Shown one piece after another: positions 20,092 to 30,345 of a stretch of 64,000 nt of DNA; position 1 is the stretch's first letter; every line of letters begins with the position of its first letter. The position numbers and the translations under genes were made by a program. Below the pieces are notes generated by a model that did not search any database, was not told where the DNA came from, and saw only the letters and a list, made by a program, of their open reading frames with translations. Source of the stretch: Candidatus Sericytochromatia bacterium (lineage in GTDB: Bacteria > Cyanobacteriota > Sericytochromatia > S15B-MN24 > VGJW01); contig JAYKHS010000007.1 in NCBI GenBank assembly GCA_035285865.1, positions 64,001 through 128,000 on the forward strand, written 5' to 3'.

Positions 20092-20858
20092 AGACCAACG
20101 TCAATCGGTACCGGACGCTCTGGCTTTCGGACATCCACCTTGGCACGCGCGCCTGCCGTGCGGAGGCGCTCAAGAGCTTTCTCAAGACGCACCACGCCGA
20201 GACCATCTACCTTGTCGGGGACGTGATCGATGCGTGGATGCTCAAGGACAAGTGGCACTGGCCCACGGCCCACAGTGACATCCTCCGGATGTTGGTGAAA
20301 AAAGCCAAGAAGTGCCGCATGGTTTATGTCCCCGGCAATCATGACAGCCTGCTGCGCCCGTTCCTGCCGCTCGACATCGGTGCCATCGAACTCCGTCACG
20401 AAGCTGTCCACGTCACGGCGGACGGCCGTCGCTTGCTGGTGATGCACGGCGACATCTTCGACGGTGCACTCTCGCGCGGCAAGGTCCTGACGACCGTGGG
20501 CACCTGGATTTACGACGCCCTGATCGAGATCAACGGCTGGCTTCATCGATTGAACGCTCGGCTCGGTCGCCCCCACTTCTCCCTGGCGCAGTTCCTGAAG
20601 GAGAACAGCAAGGATGCCCGCGTCATGATCGCGCGCTTCCGCGAGCTGGCAATCGCCCACGCGGCCCGGCGGGGCTTCGACGGGATCGTGACCGGGCACA
20701 TCCACCACGGCGAGTTGGCCATCGTGGACGAGATGCTCTACGCCAACTCGGGCGATTGGGTCGACGACTGCACGGCCATTGCCGAGACGTGGACGGGCGA
20801 ACTCGTGGTGCTGAGACAGACCGCGGAAGCGGTCACCGCCGAGACCGAGACCAGTTGA
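20088..20858 (+). CDS. Metallophosphoesterase, UDP-2,3-diacylglucosamine diphosphatase-like
   Basis: SDIHLG, GDVID, PGNHD, HGD and GHIH motifs. Confidence 0.88.
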   Translation: MKTNVNRYRTLWLSDIHLGTRACRAEALKSFLKTHHAETIYLVGDVIDAWMLKDKWHWPTAHSDILRMLVKKAKKCRMVYVPGNHDSLLRPFLPLDIGAIELRHEAVHVTADGRRLLVMHGDIFDGALSRGKVLTTVGTWIYDALIEINGWLHRLNARLGRPHFSLAQFLKENSKDARVMIARFRELAIAHAARRGFDGIVTGHIHHGELAIVDEMLYANSGDWVDDCTAIAETWTGELVVLRQTAEAVTAETETS

Positions 20859-21541
20859 TCGGAGCCCCCTGGGCCGTAGGCGGTGTGGACGGCTGCAAGT
20901 CCGGCTGGGTCCTGGCCGGGATGGGGCCAGACGGCTCGCTCGGACTCGAGCTCCACTCCGCCATCGACACTGTTTTGGAACGGGTTTCCGGGGTGGTCGC
21001 CATCGACATGCCGATCGGGCTTCCGGAAGCTGGCCCCAGGGCGTGTGACCTTGCGGCCCGCGGCCTTCTCGGTGCGCGGCGCCACAGCGTGTTTCCAGCG
21101 CCTCTGAGGTCGATGCTGGAGGCCAGAAGCCATGCCGAGGCCTGCGCCTTGGGACGTCGGACGGACGGTCGGGGCCTGTCGCTGCAATCGTGGAACCTGA
21201 TCCCCAAAATCAGGGAAGTCGACGAATACGCCAGTCGGGTTCCCGCAGGACGCCTCATCGAGGTCCATCCGGAACTCAGCTTCAGGGGCATGCAGGGCGG
21301 GCATCCCTTGTTCGCGTCCAAGAAGACAGAGGAAGGCCGTCAGCAGCGCGCCAAGCTTCTGCGTCAAGCCTTTGCCGATTGGCTTCCCCAGCGGGCGCCC
21401 GCAGGATCCGGTGTCGACGACGTGCTGGACGCGTTCGCCGCCCTATGGACGGCGCTCAGACATCGCGACGGCTTGGCTGTCCCGACGACAGCAGCCGAAG
21501 AACGGGACGCACGAGGCCTGCTCATGCAAATCCACTGGTGA
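20855..21541 (+). CDS. DUF429 family protein (RNase H-like fold)
   Basis: GVDGCKSGW, IDMPIGL, EVHPELSF, DDVLDAFA. Confidence 0.85.
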   Translation: MIGAPWAVGGVDGCKSGWVLAGMGPDGSLGLELHSAIDTVLERVSGVVAIDMPIGLPEAGPRACDLAARGLLGARRHSVFPAPLRSMLEARSHAEACALGRRTDGRGLSLQSWNLIPKIREVDEYASRVPAGRLIEVHPELSFRGMQGGHPLFASKKTEEGRQQRAKLLRQAFADWLPQRAPAGSGVDDVLDAFAALWTALRHRDGLAVPTTAAEERDARGLLMQIHW

Positions 21542-21651
21542 CGGAGGACCACGAAGCCACATTTTGCCAAGAAGAAACATTCCGCAAGAACGCGTATTTC
21601 CAGCGATGACTCGATTTAGCAATCAGACGGGCAGCAGAGAGGGAATGGATC

Positions 21652-22491
21652 GTGAGCAGCAGGCACGCCGCGCATCATCACGGTAGGCACCACGGCAGCC
21701 ACAGGTCGCATCACGGCCATCACCACGGCTCGCACGGCCATCACAGTTCGCACGGCCACGCCCACGGACCCCATGCGGCCCGCTCGGCCGCCCGTCACGC
21801 TGCGGATGCCGCCCACCGGAAGGCCGAGGCCGCGCGCATCGCTCGAGAAGCCGCAGACAAGCAAGCGAAGCGCGAAGCAGCGCGTCACGCCGAAAAAGGG
21901 CACGGCGACCGGCACCAGCACGCGACGCCCCGGGGCCTGCGCTCGTCGGTCAAGCTGGATGAAGGGCACCACACCCGCCACTCCGAGCCCCACGCCCTCA
22001 AGGCTGCCTCGACGCCCTCCGGCCACGGGAGCAGGGACGTGTCCCCGAACGCCAAGGCGCAGATGGATCGCCTCACCGAGACGGCCGGACGGTCGGCTGC
22101 CCATCGCCGTCCCGGTGGCTGGTGCTATCGCGCGGTCAAGAAATTCATCGCCTCGACCCCGGGCGGATACGGCGGCCTGAACGCCGGCAACATCTACAAG
22201 ATTCCACAGGCCCGGGCCCGGGACTTCGCGGACTTCATGAACCGGGACGGCAACGCCGCCAAGTACGGCCTGCGTAAGCTGGATATTTCCAATCCCTACG
22301 ACGCGCCCAAGGGTGCCCTGGTGGTGGTGGCCCCGGGGACTCCGGGGACCCGCCATCCGACGGCGGGCGACATCACCATCGCCGCAGGCGGCGGGCGATT
22401 CTACAACGACGGCAACATGGGTTACGGGGGTCCGAGGAACTTCCCGCCCGGCAACCGGCATGTGCTGGGCATCTACGTTCCGGCGAACTGA
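21652..22491 (+). CDS. His-rich protein with C-terminal CHAP/NlpC-P60-like domain
   Basis: HHG-rich N-terminus; GWCYRAVK, APKGALVVV, HPTAGDITIA. Confidence 0.6.
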   Translation: MSSRHAAHHHGRHHGSHRSHHGHHHGSHGHHSSHGHAHGPHAARSAARHAADAAHRKAEAARIAREAADKQAKREAARHAEKGHGDRHQHATPRGLRSSVKLDEGHHTRHSEPHALKAASTPSGHGSRDVSPNAKAQMDRLTETAGRSAAHRRPGGWCYRAVKKFIASTPGGYGGLNAGNIYKIPQARARDFADFMNRDGNAAKYGLRKLDISNPYDAPKGALVVVAPGTPGTRHPTAGDITIAAGGGRFYNDGNMGYGGPRNFPPGNRHVLGIYVPAN

Positions 22492-22497
22492 CGCGGC

Positions 22498-24045
22498 TCA
22501 GGCCTCGGCCACCTCGAACGCCACCACGTTGCGTTCGGCCCGGCCGAACTCGATGCCGACCAGCGTGACGTGGGTACCGGGCTGGCGAACCTTGTCGGCA
22601 TAGCCTCTGGCCAGAATCTGGGCCAGCGCTTGGCCCTCTGGCTGGTCGTCGACCACCTTGAATTCGAAGACATACGCGCGTCCCGGCACACGCAGCGTCA
22701 GGTCGATGCGTCCCTTGTTGGTGGCGTCCTCGACCCTCAGGTCCAGGCCAAGGGCTGCGAGGTGGCTGTAGAACACGCTGGCGTAATACCCCTCGAAGCG
22801 GGCGATGGGATTGTTGCGCAGCCAGTCGTGCGGGATGCTGGCGAACAGCCGATAGGTCGCGTCACGCAAGGCATCCAAGTTGCCGGCCAAAAGAGCTTCG
22901 GTAAGCTGTATCGTCAGGTCGCTCGCAGCACCGGCAGTCTGGCCCAATGCGGGCAACAGGCTGAGGTTCAGACTGGCTTCGACCTCGCGATTCGGATAGC
23001 CCAAGGTGTAGACCCAACTGCCCGTGGCGATTTCGCGCGCGTCATGAATGGTCAGGTACCCCGTCTGCCAGAGCAGCGCCTCGGGCTCGATATGGTCGAC
23101 ATCGAAGGCCGACATGATCTCCGCACGGGTGCGGCGCTTGGCCAGATCAGGCGAGAAGAACCCTCGTCGCGCCAGCAAGGCGACCAGAAAGCTGGGCGTC
23201 CCTGTCTCGAACCAGTACGGCCTGAACTGCTTGCTCTCGAGGAACAGCAGGACGTCAAAGGGATTGTAGACGGCCGTCCCGAGCCAGTTGTAGCCGTTGT
23301 ACCAACGCCGGACGGCATAGAGGTCCACGGCGTCCAGTTCCGGCGCAAAGACGGTCTCGAGGTCCTCCTGCGTGTAGCCGCACAACGCCGACCAGCGGGC
23401 ATCCAGCGTGATGTCGCGCAAATGGTTGAGGCCCGAGAACAGGCTCACCTTGCTGAACTTGCTGACGCCCGTCAGGAAGACGAACTTCAGGTGGGCATCG
23501 GCGTCCTTGAGGACGCCATAGATGTCGCGCAACGCGTCACGCATCTGGCGTGCCAGATCGGGCTGTTCCAGATGGTCCAGGATGGGCTTGTCATACTCGT
23601 CGACCAACACGACCACCCGCTGGCCGGACTTTCGGTGAAGTGCCTGAATGAGCTGGTGCAGACGCCCTCGGGTATCCTGCGCCCGGCCAATCAGGCCGCA
23701 TTCCGTCTCGACTTCTTCCAACTGCCGCAGGATCCAGCCCTGAAGGTCTTCACGCGAGAAAGCCTGCCCACCCCCAAAGCTCAGGCGAACGACGGGGTAA
23801 CGGACCGACCAGTCCCATCGGCTCTCCGCCGCAAGGCCCGTGAAGCGTTCGCGGTTCCCCTCGAACAAATCCTTCAGGGTGTCGAGGAAAAGGCTCTTAC
23901 CGAAGCGGCGAGGACGGGACAGGAAGAACGCCTTGCCGGACTGCACCAGATCCACGGCCATCCCCGTCTTGTCGACGTAATAGCAGCCGTCCTCGCGAAT
24001 CTCGCGGAACGTCTGGATGCCGATTGGCAGAGTCTTGCGGGTCAT
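22498..24045 (-). CDS. AAA-ATPase-like plus PD-(D/E)XK nuclease (DUF1703-type) protein
   Basis: LPIGIQTF, SRPRRFGKS, VDEYDKP, TGVSKFSK, GRIDL...VFEFK. Confidence 0.92.
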   Translation of the reverse strand: MTRKTLPIGIQTFREIREDGCYYVDKTGMAVDLVQSGKAFFLSRPRRFGKSLFLDTLKDLFEGNRERFTGLAAESRWDWSVRYPVVRLSFGGGQAFSREDLQGWILRQLEEVETECGLIGRAQDTRGRLHQLIQALHRKSGQRVVVLVDEYDKPILDHLEQPDLARQMRDALRDIYGVLKDADAHLKFVFLTGVSKFSKVSLFSGLNHLRDITLDARWSALCGYTQEDLETVFAPELDAVDLYAVRRWYNGYNWLGTAVYNPFDVLLFLESKQFRPYWFETGTPSFLVALLARRGFFSPDLAKRRTRAEIMSAFDVDHIEPEALLWQTGYLTIHDAREIATGSWVYTLGYPNREVEASLNLSLLPALGQTAGAASDLTIQLTEALLAGNLDALRDATYRLFASIPHDWLRNNPIARFEGYYASVFYSHLAALGLDLRVEDATNKGRIDLTLRVPGRAYVFEFKVVDDQPEGQALAQILARGYADKVRQPGTHVTLVGIEFGRAERNVVAFEVAEA

Positions 24046-24123
24046 GCCACCCCATCGTGGCCGACTCATCGGTGGTGCGCAAGCCTGCGGGCTGGCAAGG
24101 CTGGCACGCCTCGGCGACAGCCC

Positions 24124-25182
24124 TCAGAAGCCCTGGACCATCCCCAACGTCAGCGTGTCCTGGACGGGCAGGCGCGCCCCGCCAGCACCGGGATAAAGGG
24201 CAGCCGCCGCCTCGTCATGCCGGGCCTCGAGCCGCCAGAGCCAATCCCGATGGGCCCGCCAGGAAGCCGTCGCCGTCACGGACCGGACCCAGGGCACGGG
24301 CCAGAAAATCGCACCCGGCACAAGGGCGCTGGCCGCCAGAGCTTCCTCGCGGAAGCCATCCACCCGCAACGCCAGGTCCAGCCGTTCCAGGGGCGTGGCC
24401 CGGACCGTGACAGCCGCCGCCTGCCACTGCGCGAGGCCGGTATCCCCACGCTCGGAACCGATGTCGACATGGGCCTGCAGCGCCCAGACCCGGTCCAACT
24501 GCCACGTCGCATGGGCATCGAGCAAGTGACGCCAGGGCCGCCCCTCCGGAGCACCGAGGGGCCTTTCCTGACTGCCGGCCCACAACACCGAACCCGACAG
24601 GCCCTCCCGCAGCTCCCACGCCCACTGCACCATCGGGGACAACCCCGGCACCCCATCCGTCGCCGCGTTCCAGCCATTGGTCAACCAGAACGCCAAAGCA
24701 TGGCCCGGCGCCAACGACCACGTGGTGCGCACGCCCGAGTGGTAGTAAGGCAGGGCATAAAACAGGTTGGATCGGGACCACGTCCAGTTCTGGCGGACAG
24801 CCACGGTCTCTGGCCCGATGGGTGACAGGAACAGCCCAGCATCGACCGCCCAGCGGGGAGCCACCGTACCCCCGGCCCACGCTTCGAGCAGATGCCTCCA
24901 GAGCGTCGCGTCGCTCGCTCCCTCGCCGGCCGCGGCGCGCCATTCGGGTTCGGACCCGTAATAGGCGGACGGCATCAGGCCCGTCTGCAGCGCCAGTCGT
25001 CCCCGCAGGGCACCGCGATCCCACGGCAGGTCCAGCACGGCATTCGCCACGCTGAAGCCTGTCCGCCCGTCCACCACGCGGTACGCGTTCACGAGGCCGT
25101 CGGGCGCGGTCAGGTTGGCCGAGGCCTGGACCTCCATCCAGCCCGCGGGCGCTACGGGTGGCGTGTAGGGGAGGTCGGTCAT
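24124..25182 (-). CDS. Outer-membrane beta-barrel/porin-like protein, possibly N-terminally truncated
   Basis: DAGLFLSPIGPE, NWTWSRSNLF..LPYYHSGVR, alternating beta strands, terminal Phe; no clear signal peptide. Confidence 0.7.
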   Translation of the reverse strand: MTDLPYTPPVAPAGWMEVQASANLTAPDGLVNAYRVVDGRTGFSVANAVLDLPWDRGALRGRLALQTGLMPSAYYGSEPEWRAAAGEGASDATLWRHLLEAWAGGTVAPRWAVDAGLFLSPIGPETVAVRQNWTWSRSNLFYALPYYHSGVRTTWSLAPGHALAFWLTNGWNAATDGVPGLSPMVQWAWELREGLSGSVLWAGSQERPLGAPEGRPWRHLLDAHATWQLDRVWALQAHVDIGSERGDTGLAQWQAAAVTVRATPLERLDLALRVDGFREEALAASALVPGAIFWPVPWVRSVTATASWRAHRDWLWRLEARHDEAAAALYPGAGGARLPVQDTLTLGMVQGF

Positions 25183-25220
25183 GGGCGGTGATCGTACCAA
25201 GCGAGGAGCATGGGCGAATG

Positions 25221-25286
25221 GCCAGCGTGACCAAGCGCTTCTGCGAGCCTCTGCCAGGAAGAGAAACTGCTCCCCGGGAGTCCTGA
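25221..25286 (+). pseudogene. Remnant of an antitoxin C-terminus
   Basis: Reads ..RFCEPLPGRETAPRES*, resembling the FFEPLPEEELAAWE tails that precede vapC genes. Confidence 0.35.
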
Positions 25287-25291
25287 GCCGC

Positions 25292-25675
25292 GTGCGGTTG
25301 TTGCCGGATCCGCACGTCCCGTCCTGGTGGCCTGCCGGGGATGCTTTCCTGTCGTCGGTGGCCATGGCATCTACCCCCGACCGCAGACACGAAGGCTTCG
25401 TCAGCGCAGCCTCGGCTTGCGAGACTTCAACCAAGCACCGGATTGGCAAACCTTCGGGCGCCGGCCCACTTGTCCTGGACCTGCGGTGCGAAGTCGTAGC
25501 GCATGGATTCATGCCGCTTCCGGTCACGCTTGAGCAGGGGCAGTCGGCAGGTTCTCTGGATTGGGCCCACCGAGAGCCGTTCGATCGCCTGCTGGTGGAT
25601 TAGGCACGCGATGAGAGACTCGCGTTGGTTTCCAGCGAAACCGCCTTTGACGGGCTTGGCAGCGTGCGGATCTAG
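25292..25675 (+). pseudogene. vapC: VapC/PIN-domain toxin pseudogene
   Basis: VRLLPDPHVPSWW...VSAASACETSTKHRIGK...HREPFDRLLVD*ARDERLALVSSETAFDGLGSVRI*; TAG stops at the usual Q and W positions. Confidence 0.75.
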
Positions 25676-25744
25676 TCGGTGGGGGGTCAAGGCAGGCCAA
25701 CTCCCGGTCTCACGGGATTGCGCCTCTGGCCGCCACCGGCTGGG

Positions 25745-25920
25745 CACTGAGATCTCCCGAGGCGAATCTGTCCGGAACCACGTCCACCGCAAGCGACCGA
25801 CAGAAGCGACAGGCTCACCTTCATCGCCCCTGAACCCACCGCCATGAGGGACATTCTCTTGCACGAGTAAGTGCTGCGCGATGTCCAGGACGCGATGGGT
25901 GTCCCTGAACGTCACCAAGG
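25745..25920 (+). pseudogene. HepT/DUF86-like RNase remnant
   Basis: EISRGESVRN..., then AHLHRP*..AMRDILLHE* (RX4H motif), with stops and frameshifts. Confidence 0.5.
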
Positions 25921-26011
25921 CCCGGGTTTGCTGCGCCTCGGCTGTGGTTCCGGATCGGATGCGAACCCAACATGGACAAAGGGTTCCAGAGTCACGGGAC
26001 AAGCCCTCGCC

Positions 26012-26968
26012 CTATGGCATCGACCTGACAAGGCGGAAGCCAAGGTTGCCGTAGCGGAGGCTCGGGACGTTGAAGTTGCGATTCGCCGCACGCGTGCTCG
26101 CGGCATCGTGGAGCCACGATCCACCCCGGATGACTCTGTATCGAGTCGGCCCCAGAGGCTCAGCGAGCGATCCTGGATAGCTGCCGTACCAATCCTGGCA
26201 CCACTCCCAAACGTTGCCCGCCATATCGTACAGGCCCCACGGATTACATTGCGTCAGGCCGACCGGATGGGTCGTGCCGTCGCTGTTGCCGCCGAACCAC
26301 GCATGGGTCCCCAGCAGGTTGCTGTCCGCTCCGAAGACCCACGCTGTCGCGGTACCCGCCCGATACGCATACTCCCACTCGGCCTCCGTCGGCAGACGCC
26401 AACCGGTCGTGCTGTCGGGCGCGGGCGACGTCAGCGTTACCCTGCTGCAGTTGTAACTGCCCGTCCCCGGCTTGCCGGTACAAAACGACAGGTCATAAGC
26501 CTTGGGCAGGCCGTCCTTGGCCGACAGGGCGTTGGCGTAGGCCACGGCGTCGAACCAACTCAATGTCTCAACCGGGCGATTGTCATCATCTGCAAAGGTC
26601 GAGGGATTGTTGCCCATCAGCGCACGCCACTGGCCCTGCGTCACCTCAGTCGTCTGCATCCGGAAGGTACGGGTCAAGGTCACCGGATGTTGCATCTCGT
26701 CCGAGGAGCGGCCCGATTCCGATGACGGGGAGCCCATCTGGAAGGTACCGGCAGGCAGGTCGACAGACTGCATGGTCGCGACTCCGGGGAGCGTCAGGTT
26801 CTCGCCCAAGTGGCCAGCATTCGCGACACCAGCAACAGAGCCTGCCGCGACCAGACTGGCCGTGAACAATATTCTGGCGCGCCAAACCCGCATCACATCA
26901 TCTCCTTCAACCATCATGGAAACATGAATCCGTTCGAACCCAGGATTCGCACGCCATAGGATCGCCAC
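26012..26968 (-). CDS. Formylglycine-generating-enzyme (FGE-sulfatase/CLec) domain protein
   Basis: FQMGS, TEVTQGQW, RLPTEAEWEYA, GLYDMAGNVWEW, RVIRGGSW...GFRL; exact start uncertain. Confidence 0.9.
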   Translation of the reverse strand: MAILWRANPGFERIHVSMMVEGDDVMRVWRARILFTASLVAAGSVAGVANAGHLGENLTLPGVATMQSVDLPAGTFQMGSPSSESGRSSDEMQHPVTLTRTFRMQTTEVTQGQWRALMGNNPSTFADDDNRPVETLSWFDAVAYANALSAKDGLPKAYDLSFCTGKPGTGSYNCSRVTLTSPAPDSTTGWRLPTEAEWEYAYRAGTATAWVFGADSNLLGTHAWFGGNSDGTTHPVGLTQCNPWGLYDMAGNVWEWCQDWYGSYPGSLAEPLGPTRYRVIRGGSWLHDAASTRAANRNFNVPSLRYGNLGFRLVRSMP

Positions 26969-27106
26969 GGGTACCGCGACCTTGCCCTTGGGGTCTTTCC
27001 CCTTGGCCAGAGTGTGGCGCCACGTGGCCAGATCAGGCGGCCACAGCGGCTGTGGAGTCCGAATCCATCAAGCCAGTGATGGCAGAAACCGGAACATCCG
27101 GAGAAG

Positions 27107-27316
27107 CATCACGCCCAGGCAACGGCGGTCATCGATTCCGACCGCAGCCAGCGGCTCTTCACATGGCATCTGGTCGACGCCCTGCTCTACGGAACCCGAG
27201 ACCTCGGCTCCCTCGCCAACCGCGTCCGGGAAGGCGTCGCACGGGCCTCACGCGCGCGCGGGCCGATCTACGAACAGACGCCGGCGATGGAAGGACGACG
27301 GGACGGGAATTTCTGA
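27107..27316 (+). pseudogene. Possible caspase-like (C14) C-terminal fragment
   Basis: ASRPG, then after a frameshift AVIDSDRSQRLFTWHLVDAL...LANRVREGV...YEQTP. Confidence 0.4.
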
Positions 27317-27343
27317 CGCTTCCGCGTCAGTGCCCCGCTGCCG

Positions 27344-29050
27344 TCAGTCCCCCTCGTCCAGCAGCTCCATCGTCTCGTCCGGTTGCCCGTCCTCGTCGGT
27401 ATCCACGTGGACCGTCATCGGGCCCGAGCCGTCCCACGCCGCATAGTCCAGCCAGAGCGTCGCGGTCTTGTCGAGCGAGTTCGTGAAGTTCCGGAAGACG
27501 TGGTCGCCCGAATCGTCGATCCGGTGCACCACCACGTCGAAGCCGGTCTCTCCCGTGACGCCGCGAGCCTCGACGCGCAGGCGCCCCTTGGCCTGTTCGA
27601 TCTCCACCTCGACCTCATGCCCGTCGCTGTCGCCGCCGGCGATGACCGCGAAGGCGTAGTCCGCCTGCTCGGTCTGCAGACCCAGCGTCAGGAACGGGGT
27701 CTCCGAGGTGCGGGTCACGTAGCACAGACGCCGACCGTTGGCATGAAACTTCACCTGATCCTGCTGTCCGGGATCCAGACGGATGTCGTCCACGCTCATC
27801 TCGTAGCCGGGGCCGACCACCGTGATGCTCGAGTCCTCGTCGTCCGACAGGGTCCGGCCATCCAGCGTGACCGTGAGATCGCCCTGTCCGGGGACCAGGA
27901 ACACCGGGGGCGTGTCCTGCCGCCAGAGGTCTCCGCCCTTGGGCGACATGACCTGGCTGCCCGGGAAAGTGTTCACGAACTGGCCGTCCGCGAAGCCGAC
28001 CTGATGGCCGGCATCGTCCTCGACCAGCGCCCGACCCTTGCCATGGGTGAAAACCTGTCGCCCCCGGGCGGCCGGAGGCTGTTCGTCGGCGCCCAGGTCC
28101 TCGCAGAACGGGCACTCCTGCGTTTGCTGGCGCACCGACAAGGGCGTCAGCGTCAGCGTGCCCGTGGTCGCGTCACCCTCATAGACGCTGTCCGGCTCGT
28201 CCGGATTCGTGGCCGCCATGTATGACCAGGTATTGGCGCCCGTATCGACCGTCACCCGGCGCTCCTGACCGGGATGGTTGTTGTCGTAGACCTGCACGTA
28301 GCGGAGCGCACCCGCACCCGCGGCGACGCCCCACGGCGTGATGGCGTGACCGGCCTGGTACCCCCGCTTGTAGATGCCCATCGTGTAGGCCTCGGCAGCA
28401 CCGGCCCTGAAGCTGTCCAGCAGGGCGCGCATGACCTCGACCGGCGTCAGGTCCTTGCGTTCGGCCGGCTGGGTCGGGCTGACGGCCTGCTGGGCAAACC
28501 AGTAGGCGATCTCACGCTGCAGCCCGGCATTGTTGGCGAACGGCAAGGCGTAAGTGGTGTCGACGGCGCCAAAGTCCGCCGGACTGGCAAGCCCCTTGTG
28601 GAACATCAGGCTGAGCACGGCCATGCCTTCGCAATGCCCGCCGGACATGCTCTGGTTGGTCTCGTCCATCCACGACTGCGCAGCCGGCGTCAGCACGCAA
28701 TCGTCCCCGTTACCCGAACCACAGACACCCGTCCCGAACAGCCGCACCATCTCGGCCGCCGTCAGGTTGACCACGCCCGCCTCACCCCCGTAGTTCTCGA
28801 AACCGAAGCCGTCACGCCCCGGATCGAAGGCCAGGGCCCCCACCATCGGGTCGGGCGTCTTCCCCGGCGAGGCCGTCACGACGGGCGTCGGCGCGGGCGA
28901 AGCTGTCGGCTGGGCAGTTGCGGTCGGTGAGGCCGTGGGCGTTTCCGCCAAGGTGGCCAGCAAAGTCTGCGCCGCAGGTGTGCACGCGGCGAGGGCCAGG
29001 GTGGCCGCAACGGGTGCAAGGGCCGGAATCCATCGTTGATGACGCTGCAT
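27344..29050 (-). CDS. Lipoprotein with putative papain-like Cys-His-Asp module
   Basis: Lipobox LAAC, PT linker; GGHCEGMA, GHAITPWG, VYDNNHP; acidic C-terminal DTDEDG motif. Confidence 0.7.
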   Translation of the reverse strand: MQRHQRWIPALAPVAATLALAACTPAAQTLLATLAETPTASPTATAQPTASPAPTPVVTASPGKTPDPMVGALAFDPGRDGFGFENYGGEAGVVNLTAAEMVRLFGTGVCGSGNGDDCVLTPAAQSWMDETNQSMSGGHCEGMAVLSLMFHKGLASPADFGAVDTTYALPFANNAGLQREIAYWFAQQAVSPTQPAERKDLTPVEVMRALLDSFRAGAAEAYTMGIYKRGYQAGHAITPWGVAAGAGALRYVQVYDNNHPGQERRVTVDTGANTWSYMAATNPDEPDSVYEGDATTGTLTLTPLSVRQQTQECPFCEDLGADEQPPAARGRQVFTHGKGRALVEDDAGHQVGFADGQFVNTFPGSQVMSPKGGDLWRQDTPPVFLVPGQGDLTVTLDGRTLSDDEDSSITVVGPGYEMSVDDIRLDPGQQDQVKFHANGRRLCYVTRTSETPFLTLGLQTEQADYAFAVIAGGDSDGHEVEVEIEQAKGRLRVEARGVTGETGFDVVVHRIDDSGDHVFRNFTNSLDKTATLWLDYAAWDGSGPMTVHVDTDEDGQPDETMELLDEGD

Positions 29051-29103
29051 CGCCGAATGCTACGCCCCGGCGAGGATGCCTGTCCAACTCGGCCCAGCCG
29101 GCG

Positions 29104-30345
29104 TCAGGGAAGGGCTCCCCGAAGCACCCGCGGATAGGGCCCCCCGGGCCCGGTCCAGGCGCGCACGTCCTCGCGCTGGGCCAATCGCGCCGCCACGACG
29201 AGCGTGCCATCCGTCTGGACGACCACCCAGCGCTCGCCGACCTCCCGCGCGAGCAGCCACGAGCGGCCACTGACCGCCACGACATCCGGGGCATCCACCG
29301 CAGTAGCCAGATCATCCAGCCGGACACCGGGGGCCTCCATGCGAATGCGCCGCCAGCCATAGCCCCCGCCCGACGCAGACGGTGCCACGCCCAGCCTCAG
29401 GACCAGCAAGTCGCCGATACCTGCGAACCCCGGGCGCATCGCGGCGACGTAGCGATCTCCGGCGGGCAGCGCCGGCAGCATGGCGACAGGCGGCGGGGCG
29501 GACGGGGTCGGGGCCGCCACCGATCGAGGCTGGACGGTCGGACGCGGCAGGCGCGCCTTCCGTGCGGAACCGGAGAGGGAAATGTAGGCAATCTCGCCGG
29601 GAGCGGGCGAGGCCGTGGGCCGGGGCCTGGGCGAGGCCAGCGGTCGCGGTGGGGCAGGCGAGGCCACGGCCGTCGGCACGGGGCGGGGTGCGGGCGTTGC
29701 CGTCGGTCTGACGACAGGTGGACGAGGGACTGCAGTGGCAGCCGGGGCAGGGGTACGCGGGACAGCCGCCACGAGCGGCGTCGCGGAGCGGGCCAAGACC
29801 GCACCGGAACCGGTGGCAGCCGCCTGGCCCGACGATGCGGGGCCCGTTGCTGACCGAGCCGGACGCGCCGGCAGGGGCGGAACCAACGCTCCTGTCCGCT
29901 CGAAGGCCACCTGCGTCGCCTCGGAGCCCGGCGCATCCAGGAGAATGGCCGCCTGCCGGTACGGACTGCGCGCCTCGCCAATCACGAGCAAGCCGGGCCT
30001 CGTGCCCTTGGGCAGGAAGAATGAGACCTCCCACGACCCCGTCGCGAGGGGTGACAACTGTCGGAAGTCGGTCGAGGGCGCCTGACGATTGCGGGGGGGC
30101 AAATAGGTATACGTCTGGGGGTCCCGCTCCTCCGGTGCGTGATGCACGAACAGCCTGTCGCCTTCCGAAAGGTTTTCGACCTCGAGCCTTACGACGAGCC
30201 GATCTCCTTCTCGGGTCATCTCGATCAGAGTCGCGCCGACGGCATCGTTGCCGAACGAACGCCAGACACCGGCGGCCCAAGCGGGAGCCGCGACCAGGGC
30301 AGGAAGCAGCAGCCCGATCGCGAGGCCCCGTCGACGCCACGCCAT
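29104..30345 (-). CDS. Secreted hypothetical protein with long Pro-rich linker
   Basis: Signal peptide ending AWA, beta-rich N-domain, Pro/Ala/Thr linker. Confidence 0.6.
   Translation of the reverse strand: MAWRRRGLAIGLLLPALVAAPAWAAGVWRSFGNDAVGATLIEMTREGDRLVVRLEVENLSEGDRLFVHHAPEERDPQTYTYLPPRNRQAPSTDFRQLSPLATGSWEVSFFLPKGTRPGLLVIGEARSPYRQAAILLDAPGSEATQVAFERTGALVPPLPARPARSATGPASSGQAAATGSGAVLARSATPLVAAVPRTPAPAATAVPRPPVVRPTATPAPRPVPTAVASPAPPRPLASPRPRPTASPAPGEIAYISLSGSARKARLPRPTVQPRSVAAPTPSAPPPVAMLPALPAGDRYVAAMRPGFAGIGDLLVLRLGVAPSASGGGYGWRRIRMEAPGVRLDDLATAVDAPDVVAVSGRSWLLAREVGERWVVVQTDGTLVVAARLAQREDVRAWTGPGGPYPRVLRGALP

Noticed and set aside
25183..25527. N-terminal extension of the porin ORF to 25527
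   Set aside because: It is the antisense of the vapC pseudogene and has no signal-peptide character.
26012..26140. FGE/CLec C-terminus as a diversity-generating retroelement variable region
   Set aside because: No template repeat, reverse transcriptase or avd visible in the window; a remote DGR cannot be excluded.
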